From: Gemmatimonadota bacterium
GTDB taxonomy: Bacteria > Gemmatimonadota > Gemmatimonadetes > Gemmatimonadales > GWC2-71-9
DNA length: 64,000 nucleotides
NCBI GenBank assembly: GCA_036679605.1
Contig: JAZDCZ010000180.1
Location: 96,001-160,000 of the forward strand
Reading direction: 5' to 3'
Shown: one piece after another, positions 9,988-19,842 of the stretch
Layout of the letters: every line of letters begins with the position of its first letter
Numbering within the stretch: the first letter of the stretch is position 1
Translations under genes and position numbers: made by a program
The notes under the pieces: generated by a model
What the model was told of the DNA's origin: nothing
Seen by the model: the letters and a program-made list of their open reading frames with translations, nothing else
Database searches by the model: none

Positions 9988-11844
9988 CTACACCAGTCCG
10001 CCGGCATCGAGAATCAGAGCGGGGGAACCATCACTCAGGATCGTTGCACCTCCAAAGATCGGTAACATGCCCTTGGGAGGCTCGAACGATTTTACCACGA
10101 TTTCCTGCTGTCCTACCAATGAATCTACGACCAGTCCCGACCGCCGCTCTCCGATTTGGAGGACAACAACCGGGCGGCGCTGTGGCGCCGTCCCCGAAGC
10201 TCCGACCAGATCACGCAAGTGAAGCAAGGGAACTATTTCATCCCGGACCGAGAGTGCTTCCTTCCCCTCCAGCTGAGTGATCGCGGCCGGATTCAGATCC
10301 AGCGTCTCCGCGACGTGAGTGATCGGCAGCACGTAGCTCTCGTCTCCGACCCGCGTCATCAGAGCGCGCACGATAGCAAGACTCACCGGTAGCCGGAGGG
10401 TGAAGGTCGTTCCCTCACGCGGCTCGCTTCGTATCTCCAAGCCGCCGCCAAGGACACGAAGCTGAGCCACCACCGCGTCAATCCCCACACCGCGTCCGGC
10501 CACAGCCGAAACAGATTCCGCAGTACTGAAACCCGGCCGAGCGAGGACGCGCAGCATCATCTCATCGCTCAAGGTATCGACCTCCGGTCCCACCAGACCA
10601 CGCTCCTTTGCCTCGGACAAAATTTTCTGCCGATCGATACCCCTTCCGTCGTCGCTCACTCTAATTGCCACGGTGGCCCGTTCCTGAATGGCGGTAAGCG
10701 CTATTTGCCCCTCTCGGGACTTCCCGTTCCGCTCCCTTTCATCTGGAGGTTCGATTCCGTGGGCTAGCGCGTTGCGCAACAGGTGCACCAACGGATCGGC
10801 GATGTCATCGAGAATAGCGCGATCGAGTTCGATTTCCTTTCCCTCAACACGGAAGTTCACCGCCTTGCCCAGGTCGCGTGCGAGATCGCGAACCAACCGG
10901 GGGAACCGATCGAACACTTGCCATACAGGCGTCATTCGTCCCTGAATTATCTCCGCCTGAAGGCCGGTGGTAAGCTGAGAGATCTTCGCGGCCACCTCGT
11001 CCAGCACTACGTCCGACCGCGCTGCACTCAGCGCAATCAGCCTGTTCCTCGCTGTCACCATCTCGCCGATCAAATCCATCAGGGCATCCAGACGACGCAG
11101 ATCGATTCTGACGTGGCGCGATTTCCCGGGTCCGGCACTGGCTTTCCCCCACGCATCTCCCCCAACAGTGACACTTAGAATATCTCCAGCCGCATTGATC
11201 TCTTCTCTAAGGATGTCTTCGCCAGCAGTTGTTTCGATTCTAAAACCAAAGCGGCCGTCGAAATCATCTGACTCGAACGCAAGGCGAGATGGACGAACGT
11301 CCCGTAAGACTCCGATCTCCTCCATGCGGCCCAGCACCACCGCGGCTCTCGCCCCCTTCAGAACACTATCCGGAGCTACGACAACTTGGATCGCGATTCC
11401 GGGCCCCTCTGACGGCCCCGATGTGGCGGAGGGTGCCACCACTGACGGTCTCCTCTGTGCTACACCAAGCCCTCCCGCGGCAGCATCGAGCGCAGCAATG
11501 AGATCGCTCGCAATATCAGTACTGCGCCCCGCCACCGCATCGTCGATCGCATGTTCCAACGCATCCGCTGCACGAAACAGAAGCTCGATCGTATCTTCCG
11601 CAGGCTTCTTCTCACCAGTTCGCAACCCGCCCAGCAGATTCTCAGTGTGGTGCGCAAGATTGGAGACGGCCGTATAACCCATCGTTGCGGCCATTCCCTT
11701 AATAGTGTGAACGGAACGGAAGACTCCGTCTATCGGTTCAACTATTTCCGGAGTGCGTTCCCACTCCAAGAGCTGCTGGTTGATCATACCGAGGTGTTCG
11801 TGGCTTTCGGCCAGGAACAATTCGGCGTACTGCGAAACATCCAT
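9988..11844 (-). CDS. cheA: Chemotaxis histidine kinase CheA
   Basis: Hpt FRSVHTIKGMAA, P2-like region, RIDLRRLDALMDLIGE dimerisation, DDGRGID / PGFSTA / GRGVG boxes, C-terminal CheW domain. Confidence 0.95.
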   Translation of the reverse strand: MDVSQYAELFLAESHEHLGMINQQLLEWERTPEIVEPIDGVFRSVHTIKGMAATMGYTAVSNLAHHTENLLGGLRTGEKKPAEDTIELLFRAADALEHAIDDAVAGRSTDIASDLIAALDAAAGGLGVAQRRPSVVAPSATSGPSEGPGIAIQVVVAPDSVLKGARAAVVLGRMEEIGVLRDVRPSRLAFESDDFDGRFGFRIETTAGEDILREEINAAGDILSVTVGGDAWGKASAGPGKSRHVRIDLRRLDALMDLIGEMVTARNRLIALSAARSDVVLDEVAAKISQLTTGLQAEIIQGRMTPVWQVFDRFPRLVRDLARDLGKAVNFRVEGKEIELDRAILDDIADPLVHLLRNALAHGIEPPDERERNGKSREGQIALTAIQERATVAIRVSDDGRGIDRQKILSEAKERGLVGPEVDTLSDEMMLRVLARPGFSTAESVSAVAGRGVGIDAVVAQLRVLGGGLEIRSEPREGTTFTLRLPVSLAIVRALMTRVGDESYVLPITHVAETLDLNPAAITQLEGKEALSVRDEIVPLLHLRDLVGASGTAPQRRPVVVLQIGERRSGLVVDSLVGQQEIVVKSFEPPKGMLPIFGGATILSDGSPALILDAGGLV

Positions 11845-11845
11845 G

Positions 11846-12208
11846 TCAGCCGAGGACCCGTTGGACAGCTTCGAGCACGCGAGATGGTTGGAACGGCTTC
11901 ACCACGAAATCCTTGGCACCGGCCTGTATGGCCTCGACCACTAACGCCTGCTGGCCCATCGCACTGCACATCAGAATCCGGGCGCCGCTGTCAATCTTCA
12001 TTATCTCGCGGACAGCGTCGATACCTCCCATGTCCGGCATAACAATGTCCATCGTCACCAGATCTGGTCGCAGCTCGCTAAACTTCTCCACTGCCTGGAC
12101 TCCGCTTTCAGCTTCACCGACGACTTCATATCCGGCCTGCGTCAGGATATCGCTGATCATCGTCCGCATGAAGATCGCGTCATCACAAATGAGTACAGTA
12201 TTGCTCAC
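11846..12208 (-). CDS. cheY: Chemotaxis response regulator CheY
   Basis: Single REC domain, ICDDAIFMR, TMDIVMP, CSAMGQQ, VKPF; between cheW and cheA. Confidence 0.92.
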   Translation of the reverse strand: MSNTVLICDDAIFMRTMISDILTQAGYEVVGEAESGVQAVEKFSELRPDLVTMDIVMPDMGGIDAVREIMKIDSGARILMCSAMGQQALVVEAIQAGAKDFVVKPFQPSRVLEAVQRVLG

Positions 12209-12219
12209 TGCGCCCCCTT

Positions 12220-12645
12220 CTATTCAATCAGGATCGGGATAAGTAGTGCATCGATATCGAGGAGTACAAAAGATAGTTTCCCGCGCCGGCCTACCGCCTC
12301 TACATATCCGGAATCGAGGCCCGGGAGATCATAGGTCTCAACCAGATCAGCACTCGAGATCGAAAAGAGATCCACCACGGAATCGACCGCGAATCCTACA
12401 GTCCGCTCGGCTACGTCGAGCAAGACTATGGGACCCCGTTTCTCTCCCAGAGGATAACCCAAAGCGCGCCTCGCATCCACCAGCGTCAAAAGCTGACCAC
12501 GAACGTTGATCAGACCTGTGACGGCATCAGTCGCACCTGGTATTCGAGTGGCATCGGCTCCCGGCACGATTTCCCGTACCGCCTCCGCTCTGGCCGCACA
12601 GGCAAGATCGGCCACGCGAAAAACGAGGACACGGGCGCCAGACAA
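12220..12645 (-). CDS. cheW: CheW coupling protein
   Basis: VREIVP...TRIPGA...GLINVRGQL...GFAVDSV...LLDID. Start uncertain: TTG 12645 chosen, ORF extends to 12723. Confidence 0.85.
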   Translation of the reverse strand: MSGARVLVFRVADLACAARAEAVREIVPGADATRIPGATDAVTGLINVRGQLLTLVDARRALGYPLGEKRGPIVLLDVAERTVGFAVDSVVDLFSISSADLVETYDLPGLDSGYVEAVGRRGKLSFVLLDIDALLIPILIE

Positions 12646-12655
12646 GTCTGTCTTC

Positions 12656-13657
12656 TCAGCGGAAGAAGCCAAGATACTCCAGGATATTGCCCCGATCAAG
12701 CAGACTCGGGTCGTTGTTGGCAACGCCTAGAAGTTGCCTCAAGTCGGAAGGCCAGTCAGCTCTGAACTCGCACGGTTCGCCGGTCACGGGATGCGCAAGA
12801 TTCAGCCGGGCCGCGTGCAGGGCCTGACGAGGTGCAGCTCTTTCCACCTCCTGTGCCCGGCGGCGCTGTGAACCCGTCATGCGCCTGGCTCCCCCTCCTC
12901 CGTAAACAGGATCTCCGACCACAGGATGGCCAATGTAGTTCAGATGCACGCGAATTTGGTGCGTTCTCCCGGTCACCAACCGAACTCTAACCAGATCACA
13001 GACGTCGAACCTAGACACAGGCTCGACCCTACTCTGCGCCGAGCGTCCGTTCGCCAGAACGGCCATGCGCTTGCGATCCTGTGGGTGGCGTGCTATGGGA
13101 GCGTCAATGTCGATCGGTTTATCTACGTGTCCCCAGACAAGAGCCACATACGTGCGGCTTACGTGTCGTCGCCCCAGCGCCCGCGCCAAACGAGTGTGCG
13201 CCAGGTCTGTTCGCGCAAGCATGATCAGACCGGACGTATCTTTGTCCAAACGATGCACGATCCCGGGTCTTCCGACGCCATCCGACAACTTGGTCCCTCT
13301 CGCAACCAATGCATTCAGGAGAGTGTCGTTCCAGTGTCCTGGTGCCGGATGCACCACCAGCCCGGCAGGCTTATCGAGTACCATGAATGCATCGTCCTGA
13401 TACACGACGTCGAGCGGAACGAAATGAGGTTCGAGTTTCCGCAGACCTGTGTTGGAGTCGGCTGAGTCCAGCAGCGATACGCGGTCTCCTCGAGTGAGGG
13501 TACGCGATGATCGTGCAAGCTCATCGTTGACGCGAACCGCTCCGTCCGCGATTAGGCGTGCGGCTTGGCTCCTCGAGTATGCTAGCTGATCGGCAAGAAA
13601 GCGGTCTAGTCGCTCCGTGACCGCCACGGAGACCTGAAACTCTAGGTGCCGCTCCAA
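12656..13657 (-). CDS. RluA/RluD-family pseudouridine synthase
   Basis: S4 domain (RLDRFL...SRSQ), KPAGLVVHP, GIVHRLDKDTSG, TGRTHQIRVH, QALHA. Confidence 0.95.
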   Translation of the reverse strand: MERHLEFQVSVAVTERLDRFLADQLAYSRSQAARLIADGAVRVNDELARSSRTLTRGDRVSLLDSADSNTGLRKLEPHFVPLDVVYQDDAFMVLDKPAGLVVHPAPGHWNDTLLNALVARGTKLSDGVGRPGIVHRLDKDTSGLIMLARTDLAHTRLARALGRRHVSRTYVALVWGHVDKPIDIDAPIARHPQDRKRMAVLANGRSAQSRVEPVSRFDVCDLVRVRLVTGRTHQIRVHLNYIGHPVVGDPVYGGGGARRMTGSQRRRAQEVERAAPRQALHAARLNLAHPVTGEPCEFRADWPSDLRQLLGVANNDPSLLDRGNILEYLGFFR

Positions 13658-13673
13658 GGTGAGGTGATTCCGA

Positions 13674-14198
13674 CTACGAGGACACTTCGGCCGGCTTGGT
13701 AGGCTCTCCTGTCAGCTGCGGTACCTGCTTCCCCTCCGACCAGAGGATCGCAGCGAGCCCAATCGCACCACAACTTACGGCCATGTCGGCCACGTTGAAC
13801 GTGGGCCAGTGAAAGTTCTTTATCCAAACGTCGATAAAATCCACAACGCCGGCGGGACTACGGATGCGATCGATGAGGTTGCCGACCGCTCCACCGCAAA
13901 CAAGCCCGAGTGTCAGTAGCCGGAATCGGTGCTCCACCACGGTCTGTCGTACCATCGCCCCAAGCACGAACAAGGCAATGATTGCAAGTGCCATAAAGAC
14001 CCAACGGGAGTATTGTCCGACATTGATTCCAAAGGCCGCCCCGGGGTTGAATACCAACCGAAAGGTGAGCCACTCACCGATGACCGGCTTTGACCCGGCC
14101 GAGAGTTCGGCTACTGCTACCAGCTTTGTAATGAAGTCAAGGACCACGACCGCTGACCCCACCAGCCAGAAGATTGCTCGACTATTACTCTTTGCCAT
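13674..14198 (-). CDS. lspA: Lipoprotein signal peptidase II
   Basis: DFITK, NPGAAFG, GGAVGNLIDR, VVDFI, WPTFNVAD. Start ATG 14198 after AGAGGAAG. Confidence 0.95.
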   Translation of the reverse strand: MAKSNSRAIFWLVGSAVVVLDFITKLVAVAELSAGSKPVIGEWLTFRLVFNPGAAFGINVGQYSRWVFMALAIIALFVLGAMVRQTVVEHRFRLLTLGLVCGGAVGNLIDRIRSPAGVVDFIDVWIKNFHWPTFNVADMAVSCGAIGLAAILWSEGKQVPQLTGEPTKPAEVSS

Positions 14199-14565
14199 CT
14201 TCCTCTTTGGCCTTGCACTGGAAGCAGAGCCTCGCATGCGGCAACGCGTCGAGCCTCTCGAATCCGACGGGCTTAGCGCATTCATGACACGTTCCGAAAG
14301 TTTTGGGACTTCTATACAGGCGCCTCAGCGCCTCGTTGACGTGCCAGAGGTACCGGCCTTCCTTGGATGCAAACAAGAATTGCTTCTCCCTCTCCATTGC
14401 ATCCGTGCCTTGATCGGCCATATGGAAGGAATACGCCGACAGATCGCCATCCGAATCCTGCAGCGTTCCACTGAACTGCTCATCGTAATAGCCAAGCTCC
14501 TTCGTCACCCTCTCACGTTCTTCGAGGAGTCGCTTCTCGAGATGAGCCAACTGCTTCTTATTCAT
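14185..14565 (-). CDS. TraR/DksA C4-type zinc finger protein
   Basis: Coiled coil with HMADQGTDAMERE and CHEC...RLDALPHARLCFQC. Confidence 0.9.
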   Translation of the reverse strand: MNKKQLAHLEKRLLEERERVTKELGYYDEQFSGTLQDSDGDLSAYSFHMADQGTDAMEREKQFLFASKEGRYLWHVNEALRRLYRSPKTFGTCHECAKPVGFERLDALPHARLCFQCKAKEEDGKE

Positions 14566-14567
14566 GC

Positions 14568-17500
14568 TTAATTACCGTGGTCCTTGTTTGCTTTAGAATT
14601 GTCATTTTCCTCTGAATATCGTCTCAGCGATATGACGGCCACCAGTTCATCGATTTTGACCGACTCAGTTATGTCCGGCTCGAACAGCTCGGAATCTATC
14701 TCCACACACCTCGCCAGGGTCTCGCGGGCAATAAAGGTGCGAAAATCTCCGGTGGCTGCCAAGATGCCGTCTGACCCGGCCACGCCGACGGCAATACGTG
14801 TATCGTAATCATAACCCGCCTGTTTGCGCAGCCTTTGGATTCGATTCACCATTTCACGGGCTAGGCCCTCCCGCTCAAGTGCGGGCGACACCTCAGGATC
14901 TAGCGCGGCCACATACGGTCCATCGCTCTGCACTAGCCAGTCGGTGACCACATCGCGCTCCACGATCACGTCCTCCGCCCTGTACTCGAACGTCCGACCG
15001 TTCACCTCCACCTCTTGCATCTCACCCCGCTCCAGACCCCGGAGCTGGCCGGAATCAAGGGTTCTCGCGGCGTTGGCTGCCAACGGCGTATCCTTACCAT
15101 ATACCTTACCCAGAGTTCGGAAGTTCGGTTTCGCTCTCAGTTTCACCAAGTCTTCGTCCGACTCCACTACAACGATCCGCCGTACATTAACCTCCGCTAC
15201 CAAAATATCGAGCAAGCCGTCGAATTCGCTTCCCCTCGCTGCCGCGGGTACGGCCACCTTCATACATGCCAGCGGTTGCCTGACTCTGAAACCGCCGTCT
15301 TCTCGGGCGCGCCTCGCGAGCGATGCCAGCTTGCGGACTGCATTCATTGCTAGGTCAAGCCTTGCGGAATCCCTTCCGCCGCTCTCGGGGAACTCCGCTA
15401 GATGAACCGAATCGCCTTGCAGCTGCCTGTGAATCGCGTCACTCAAGAACGGGGCGGCCGGAGCCAGTAGCCGACTCACCGTACCCAGAGCCTCATGCAA
15501 GGTCGCCAGAGCCGCTGTGTCCGCGCTCGTGTCCGGGGCCCAGAACCGTGAGCGATTTACCCGGACGTACCAATTAGATAGATCGGCGTCGCAAAATTCC
15601 ATGATTGCCCTGACTCCGCTCGTTACGTCGTAGCCAGACCAAGCAGTACGCACTGCAGTCACCAATCGATCCAGCCGGCTGAGAAGCCATTTATCGACCA
15701 ACGGCCGTTCTTGCCAGGGATCAGAGTCGCACGGATCCCATTGCTCGGCGTAAAGCGCAAAAAACCCGTAAGTGTTCTTCAGCTGGTTCAAGAATCCAAG
15801 CGACAGTTCGGGAATCTCCTTGGCATCGAATCGCTTCGGCAACCACACCTGACTCGCCGCAATCAGATAGAGCCGCACGGCGTCAGCCCCAAAGTTCTCG
15901 ACCGCCTCGAAAGGATCGACAACATTTCCCAGCCGCTTCGACATCTTGCGCCCGTCTGGATCCAGCACGAGCCCATTGACTATCACATTGCTGTACGCTG
16001 GCTGCTCAAACACCCCAGACGCGATCGCGAGAAGTGAATAGAACCATCCTCTCGTCTGATCCAGACCTTCACAGATAAAATCTGCCGGAAAATGGCGCTT
16101 GAACTCTTCGCTGCCTTCAAACGGATAATGCCACTGAGCATATGGCATTGATCCGGAATCGAACCAAGCATCGATCACGGCCGATACGCGGTGCATGGTT
16201 CCACTGCACTCGCCACAATCGAAGGTGAACGAATCGATATACGGTTTGTGCGGATCGAAATCGTCCGGGAGAGGATCGCCCTTCAATTTCGCAAGTTGCT
16301 CGTAGGAACCGACAAAAGTGCGGTGACCATCGTCGCGGTCGCAGATCCACACTGGCAAGGGAGTGCCCCAAAAACGATCGCGGGACAGGGCCCAGTCCAC
16401 ATTGTTCTCCAACCATTCGCCGAACCGACCGGTGCCGACTTCCGGAGGGTACCAGGATACCTCTTCGTTCGACTGGATCATTCGATCCTTGAAGGCCGTT
16501 GTTCGGACGAACCAAGATTTCCTCGCGTAATAGATTAGCGGAGAGTCACATCGCCAGCAGAAGGGATAGGTATGTTCGTAACCCTTAGGCTGGTACTTAC
16601 CAAACACCTTGCCGGAAGCCTCGAGGTGTGCCGCAATAGTTGGGTTTGCCTCAAAGACCGTCTTTCCATTGATCGAGTCGAAAGACGTACCTTTGAATCG
16701 CCCACTTTCGTCGACGGGATTAACGAACGCCATCCGTTCTCGCCCTACGACGGCATAGTCATCGACTCCGAACGCCGGCGCGATGTGCACCAGACCGGTG
16801 CCTTCTTCACGGGTCACGAAATCGGCGGCCACGACCCGGAAAGCGTCTTCTTCGCCATCAACGGCAACCGCGTCCATCAATTGATGGTAGCGCAGGCCCA
16901 CCAACTCAGAACCAGACAACTCCGCAACCGTTGCAAACCGCGCAAGCGGCTCTCCCTTTCCCACTCCCGGAACGGTCAGTGACTCAGCAATCGACTTCTC
17001 AACAATCACACTGCGCCCATCTATATCTAGTACTACATATTGGAAGCTCGGATTGACCGCAACGGCCACATTCGACGGTAACGTCCACGGAGTGGTAGTC
17101 CACACCAACAAGAACCGACTCGAGTCACCTTGCTCGGCTAGACGAAACAGCACGTATATCGAAGGGCTACGATGGGTGTCGTATCCCAAGGCGAGTTCAT
17201 GACTTGAAAGCACAGTACCGCAACGGGGGCAGTAAGGGAGAACCTTCTGGCCCTCGTAAAGGAGATCCTTATCTGCCAGCTGCTTGAGCGACCACCACAC
17301 GCTTTCCACATAGTCATTGGTGTATGTGACATACGGCCGGTCGTAGTCCAGCCAATATCCAATCCGTTCCGAGAGGGATTCCCAATCGGATTTGTACTGG
17401 AAAACGTTTTTCCTACACAGCTCATTGAATTTGGCCACGCCAAATGACTCGATACCCGCCTTGCCACTGATCTCTAGTTGTTTTTCCACCTCTATTTCCA

Positions 17501-17774
17501 CCGGGAGACCATGCGTGTCCCAGCCGGCGATTCGTGTTACCGACTCTCCCAGCATCGTGTGATAGCGACATATGAGATCTTTGATCGTGCGTGCGAACAC
17601 ATGGTGAATACCCGGCTTACCATTTGCGGTGGGCGGACCTTCGTAGAATACAAACGGCTTGCCACTTGCCGTCGCTTCCAGGCTTCGGTGGAACAGCCTT
17701 TCGCCCCGCCATTGGTCGAGCAGCTGACGCTCCAGCTCGCTCAGATTTTTCGACGCGAGTGGTTTGTATCCCAT
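14568..17774 (-). CDS. ileS: Isoleucine-tRNA ligase, type 2
   Basis: GPPTANGKPGIHH, GWDTHGLPVE, WTTTPWTLPSN, EGLDQTRGWF, KMSKR, and type-2 C-terminus (EGLAREMVNRIQRLRK). Confidence 0.97.
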   Translation of the reverse strand: MGYKPLASKNLSELERQLLDQWRGERLFHRSLEATASGKPFVFYEGPPTANGKPGIHHVFARTIKDLICRYHTMLGESVTRIAGWDTHGLPVEIEVEKQLEISGKAGIESFGVAKFNELCRKNVFQYKSDWESLSERIGYWLDYDRPYVTYTNDYVESVWWSLKQLADKDLLYEGQKVLPYCPRCGTVLSSHELALGYDTHRSPSIYVLFRLAEQGDSSRFLLVWTTTPWTLPSNVAVAVNPSFQYVVLDIDGRSVIVEKSIAESLTVPGVGKGEPLARFATVAELSGSELVGLRYHQLMDAVAVDGEEDAFRVVAADFVTREEGTGLVHIAPAFGVDDYAVVGRERMAFVNPVDESGRFKGTSFDSINGKTVFEANPTIAAHLEASGKVFGKYQPKGYEHTYPFCWRCDSPLIYYARKSWFVRTTAFKDRMIQSNEEVSWYPPEVGTGRFGEWLENNVDWALSRDRFWGTPLPVWICDRDDGHRTFVGSYEQLAKLKGDPLPDDFDPHKPYIDSFTFDCGECSGTMHRVSAVIDAWFDSGSMPYAQWHYPFEGSEEFKRHFPADFICEGLDQTRGWFYSLLAIASGVFEQPAYSNVIVNGLVLDPDGRKMSKRLGNVVDPFEAVENFGADAVRLYLIAASQVWLPKRFDAKEIPELSLGFLNQLKNTYGFFALYAEQWDPCDSDPWQERPLVDKWLLSRLDRLVTAVRTAWSGYDVTSGVRAIMEFCDADLSNWYVRVNRSRFWAPDTSADTAALATLHEALGTVSRLLAPAAPFLSDAIHRQLQGDSVHLAEFPESGGRDSARLDLAMNAVRKLASLARRAREDGGFRVRQPLACMKVAVPAAARGSEFDGLLDILVAEVNVRRIVVVESDEDLVKLRAKPNFRTLGKVYGKDTPLAANAARTLDSGQLRGLERGEMQEVEVNGRTFEYRAEDVIVERDVVTDWLVQSDGPYVAALDPEVSPALEREGLAREMVNRIQRLRKQAGYDYDTRIAVGVAGSDGILAATGDFRTFIARETLARCVEIDSELFEPDITESVKIDELVAVISLRRYSEENDNSKANKDHGN

Positions 17775-18601
17775 CAGTTCATATGCTGCAGAACACGCGT
17801 TACCAAACTGGTCAAGCTAGGTTCGGCTTTCTGCGCGGTTGCGATGATCTTCTGTATGTCAGCGGGCTCGAGGGCATCGGGCAAGCAGGCATCGGTGATG
17901 ATCGAAATGCCAAGTACTTTCATTCCGCCGTGGACCGCGACGATCACCTCCGGCACGGTCGACATGCCCACGATGTCAGCCCCTATCATGCGTAGGAAGC
18001 GGTACTCCGCGGCGGTCTCCAGATTGGGCCCCGGGACCGCTACGTAGACTCCCTCCCTCAGGGTAATTTGCATCTCGCGTGCCGCGGACCGCGCCAACTC
18101 CCGCAAATCGGCATCGTACGGCTCTGACATGTCCGGGAATCGAGGCCCCAAACTGTCGTCGTTGGACCCGACGAGTGGGTTATCGCCCAACAGATTGATG
18201 TGGTCGGAGATCAACACGAGGTCACCGGGAGACCAGAGAGGGTGCATTCCACCACATGCATTTGACACGAGCAACGACGACGCCCCCAACGACCGCATCA
18301 CCCGAACCGGAAACGTTATCTGCGCCATCGAGTAGCCTTCGTAGCGATGAAAGCGCCCTTGCATTGCGACAACAGACCTACCGCCTAGCTTTCCAAGTAA
18401 CAGCCTCCCTGTATGGGTCTCGACCGTAGAAAGCGGAAACCCGGGTATGTCCCCGTATGAGATCTCAGCTGCGATGTCGATCTCTTCGGCCAGGCCGCCC
18501 AGGCCGGTCCCCAGAATTACCGCGACCTCGGGCTCATCTGTGCACGACTCTCGCACTACGTCGACTGCCCTTTGGATCGCTGACTGCGCATGGAGTGTCA
18601 T
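17774..18601 (-). CDS. punA: Purine-nucleoside phosphorylase (trimeric type)
   Basis: ILGTGLG, MQGRFHRYEG, NACGG, GPNLETAAE, VGMSTVPEVIVAVH. Confidence 0.93.
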   Translation of the reverse strand: MTLHAQSAIQRAVDVVRESCTDEPEVAVILGTGLGGLAEEIDIAAEISYGDIPGFPLSTVETHTGRLLLGKLGGRSVVAMQGRFHRYEGYSMAQITFPVRVMRSLGASSLLVSNACGGMHPLWSPGDLVLISDHINLLGDNPLVGSNDDSLGPRFPDMSEPYDADLRELARSAAREMQITLREGVYVAVPGPNLETAAEYRFLRMIGADIVGMSTVPEVIVAVHGGMKVLGISIITDACLPDALEPADIQKIIATAQKAEPSLTSLVTRVLQHMN

Positions 18602-18606
18602 AGTTA

Positions 18607-19095
18607 CTATTCCGGTGGAGATCCATCCTGCTCGTGCTGCGCCAGAGCATCTATCTCCGCGAGGTGCCTGTCGAGTAGTCTCCGAAACGCACTGATATAC
18701 GCCGTGAACTGACGCTGTGCTTCCGCGGTACTATGAAGTACTCCAGCCTCCGCCTCTCGGGCTTCATCAACGATCTTATCAGCCGCGATTCTGGCTTCAC
18801 GCGTAATCAGTTCGGCCTCTCGTTGAGCACTCTCTTGCGCTCCTGCCCTCAGCTCCTGAGCCATCATCACGGCATCGTTGATGGCCTTCTCTCGCTCTCG
18901 CAGTGATTTCAACTGTTCGCGAGCATTCTGCAGTCGCTCCTCCAAGACAGCGCGATTTCTGATCAGCCGCTCCATTTCCTCGGCCACGCGCTCTCGAAAA
19001 TCTTCGACTTCCGCGGTGTTGTATCCAATGGCGGCCTTACGAAACTCCTGGGACCGCACATCGATTGGAGTGAGGCGGAATCCATCCTCGCTCAC
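18607..19095 (-). CDS. DivIVA domain protein
   Basis: LTPIDVRSQEFRKAAIGYNTAEVEDF followed by a long coiled coil. Confidence 0.9.
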   Translation of the reverse strand: MSEDGFRLTPIDVRSQEFRKAAIGYNTAEVEDFRERVAEEMERLIRNRAVLEERLQNAREQLKSLREREKAINDAVMMAQELRAGAQESAQREAELITREARIAADKIVDEAREAEAGVLHSTAEAQRQFTAYISAFRRLLDRHLAEIDALAQHEQDGSPPE

Positions 19096-19784
19096 GATCG
19101 CTCTCCGAAGAGAACCGTACCTAGTCGCAGCATGGTTGCTCCTTCAGCAATGGCTGACTTGTAGTCATGCGACATTCCCATCGACAATTCTGGTGCATCA
19201 ATTCCCGACGATGCCAAGTTCTCCCTCAGCGCGCGCAGTGCCGCAAAAACCTTCCTTTGAGTCCGCTCGTCGTCGACAAACGGAGCCATCGTCATTAGAC
19301 CCCTGAGTCGCAATGCGGATAGCTCCGATACGACGGACGCAATTTCATCTACCACATCGGGCTCACAGCCGGCCTTCTGCGGCTCCCGCGCTACGTTCAC
19401 TTGCAACAAGACGTCCAACACTTCTACTTCCCCACTTCGATCGACGGCTTTTTGCAGTGCCTCTGCTAGCCGGAGCGAGTCGACTGAATGTACCAGCCCA
19501 AAATTTCCCGGTACCTGCTTCGCCTTGTTCGTCTGCAGATGCCCGATCATATGCCAGCACACCCCTGATTCGCCAACGGAATCCATCTTGCCGATCGCCT
19601 CTTGCACCCGGTTTTCACCTACGTCGAGCAGGCCCGCAGACTGCGCCGCCAGAATAGCCTCTACTGGCTGACCCTTTGTCACGGCGACGATCCGCACCTT
19701 ACCGGCCGTACCCTCCCGAGCCTTGATCCGCTCGATCTCCTCCCGCACACGGGTGAGATTATCGGGAAACGCGGCAAAACTCAT
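19092..19784 (-). CDS. yggS: YggS-family PLP homeostasis protein
   Basis: VAVTK, GENRVQE, WHMIGHLQTNK, GLMTM, LSMGMSHD, EGATMLRLGT. Confidence 0.95.
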   Translation of the reverse strand: MSFAAFPDNLTRVREEIERIKAREGTAGKVRIVAVTKGQPVEAILAAQSAGLLDVGENRVQEAIGKMDSVGESGVCWHMIGHLQTNKAKQVPGNFGLVHSVDSLRLAEALQKAVDRSGEVEVLDVLLQVNVAREPQKAGCEPDVVDEIASVVSELSALRLRGLMTMAPFVDDERTQRKVFAALRALRENLASSGIDAPELSMGMSHDYKSAIAEGATMLRLGTVLFGERS

Positions 19785-19842
19785 AGCCTGGAAAGCTAGT
19801 GGAAGGACTATTCTGCTACAACCAGTGACCTGCGCCTACAGC

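Noticed and set aside
10750..10790. CheA N-box reads NALAHG instead of NAxDHG
   Set aside because: The Asn and His are retained and such variants occur in CheA-like kinases; no evidence of inactivity.
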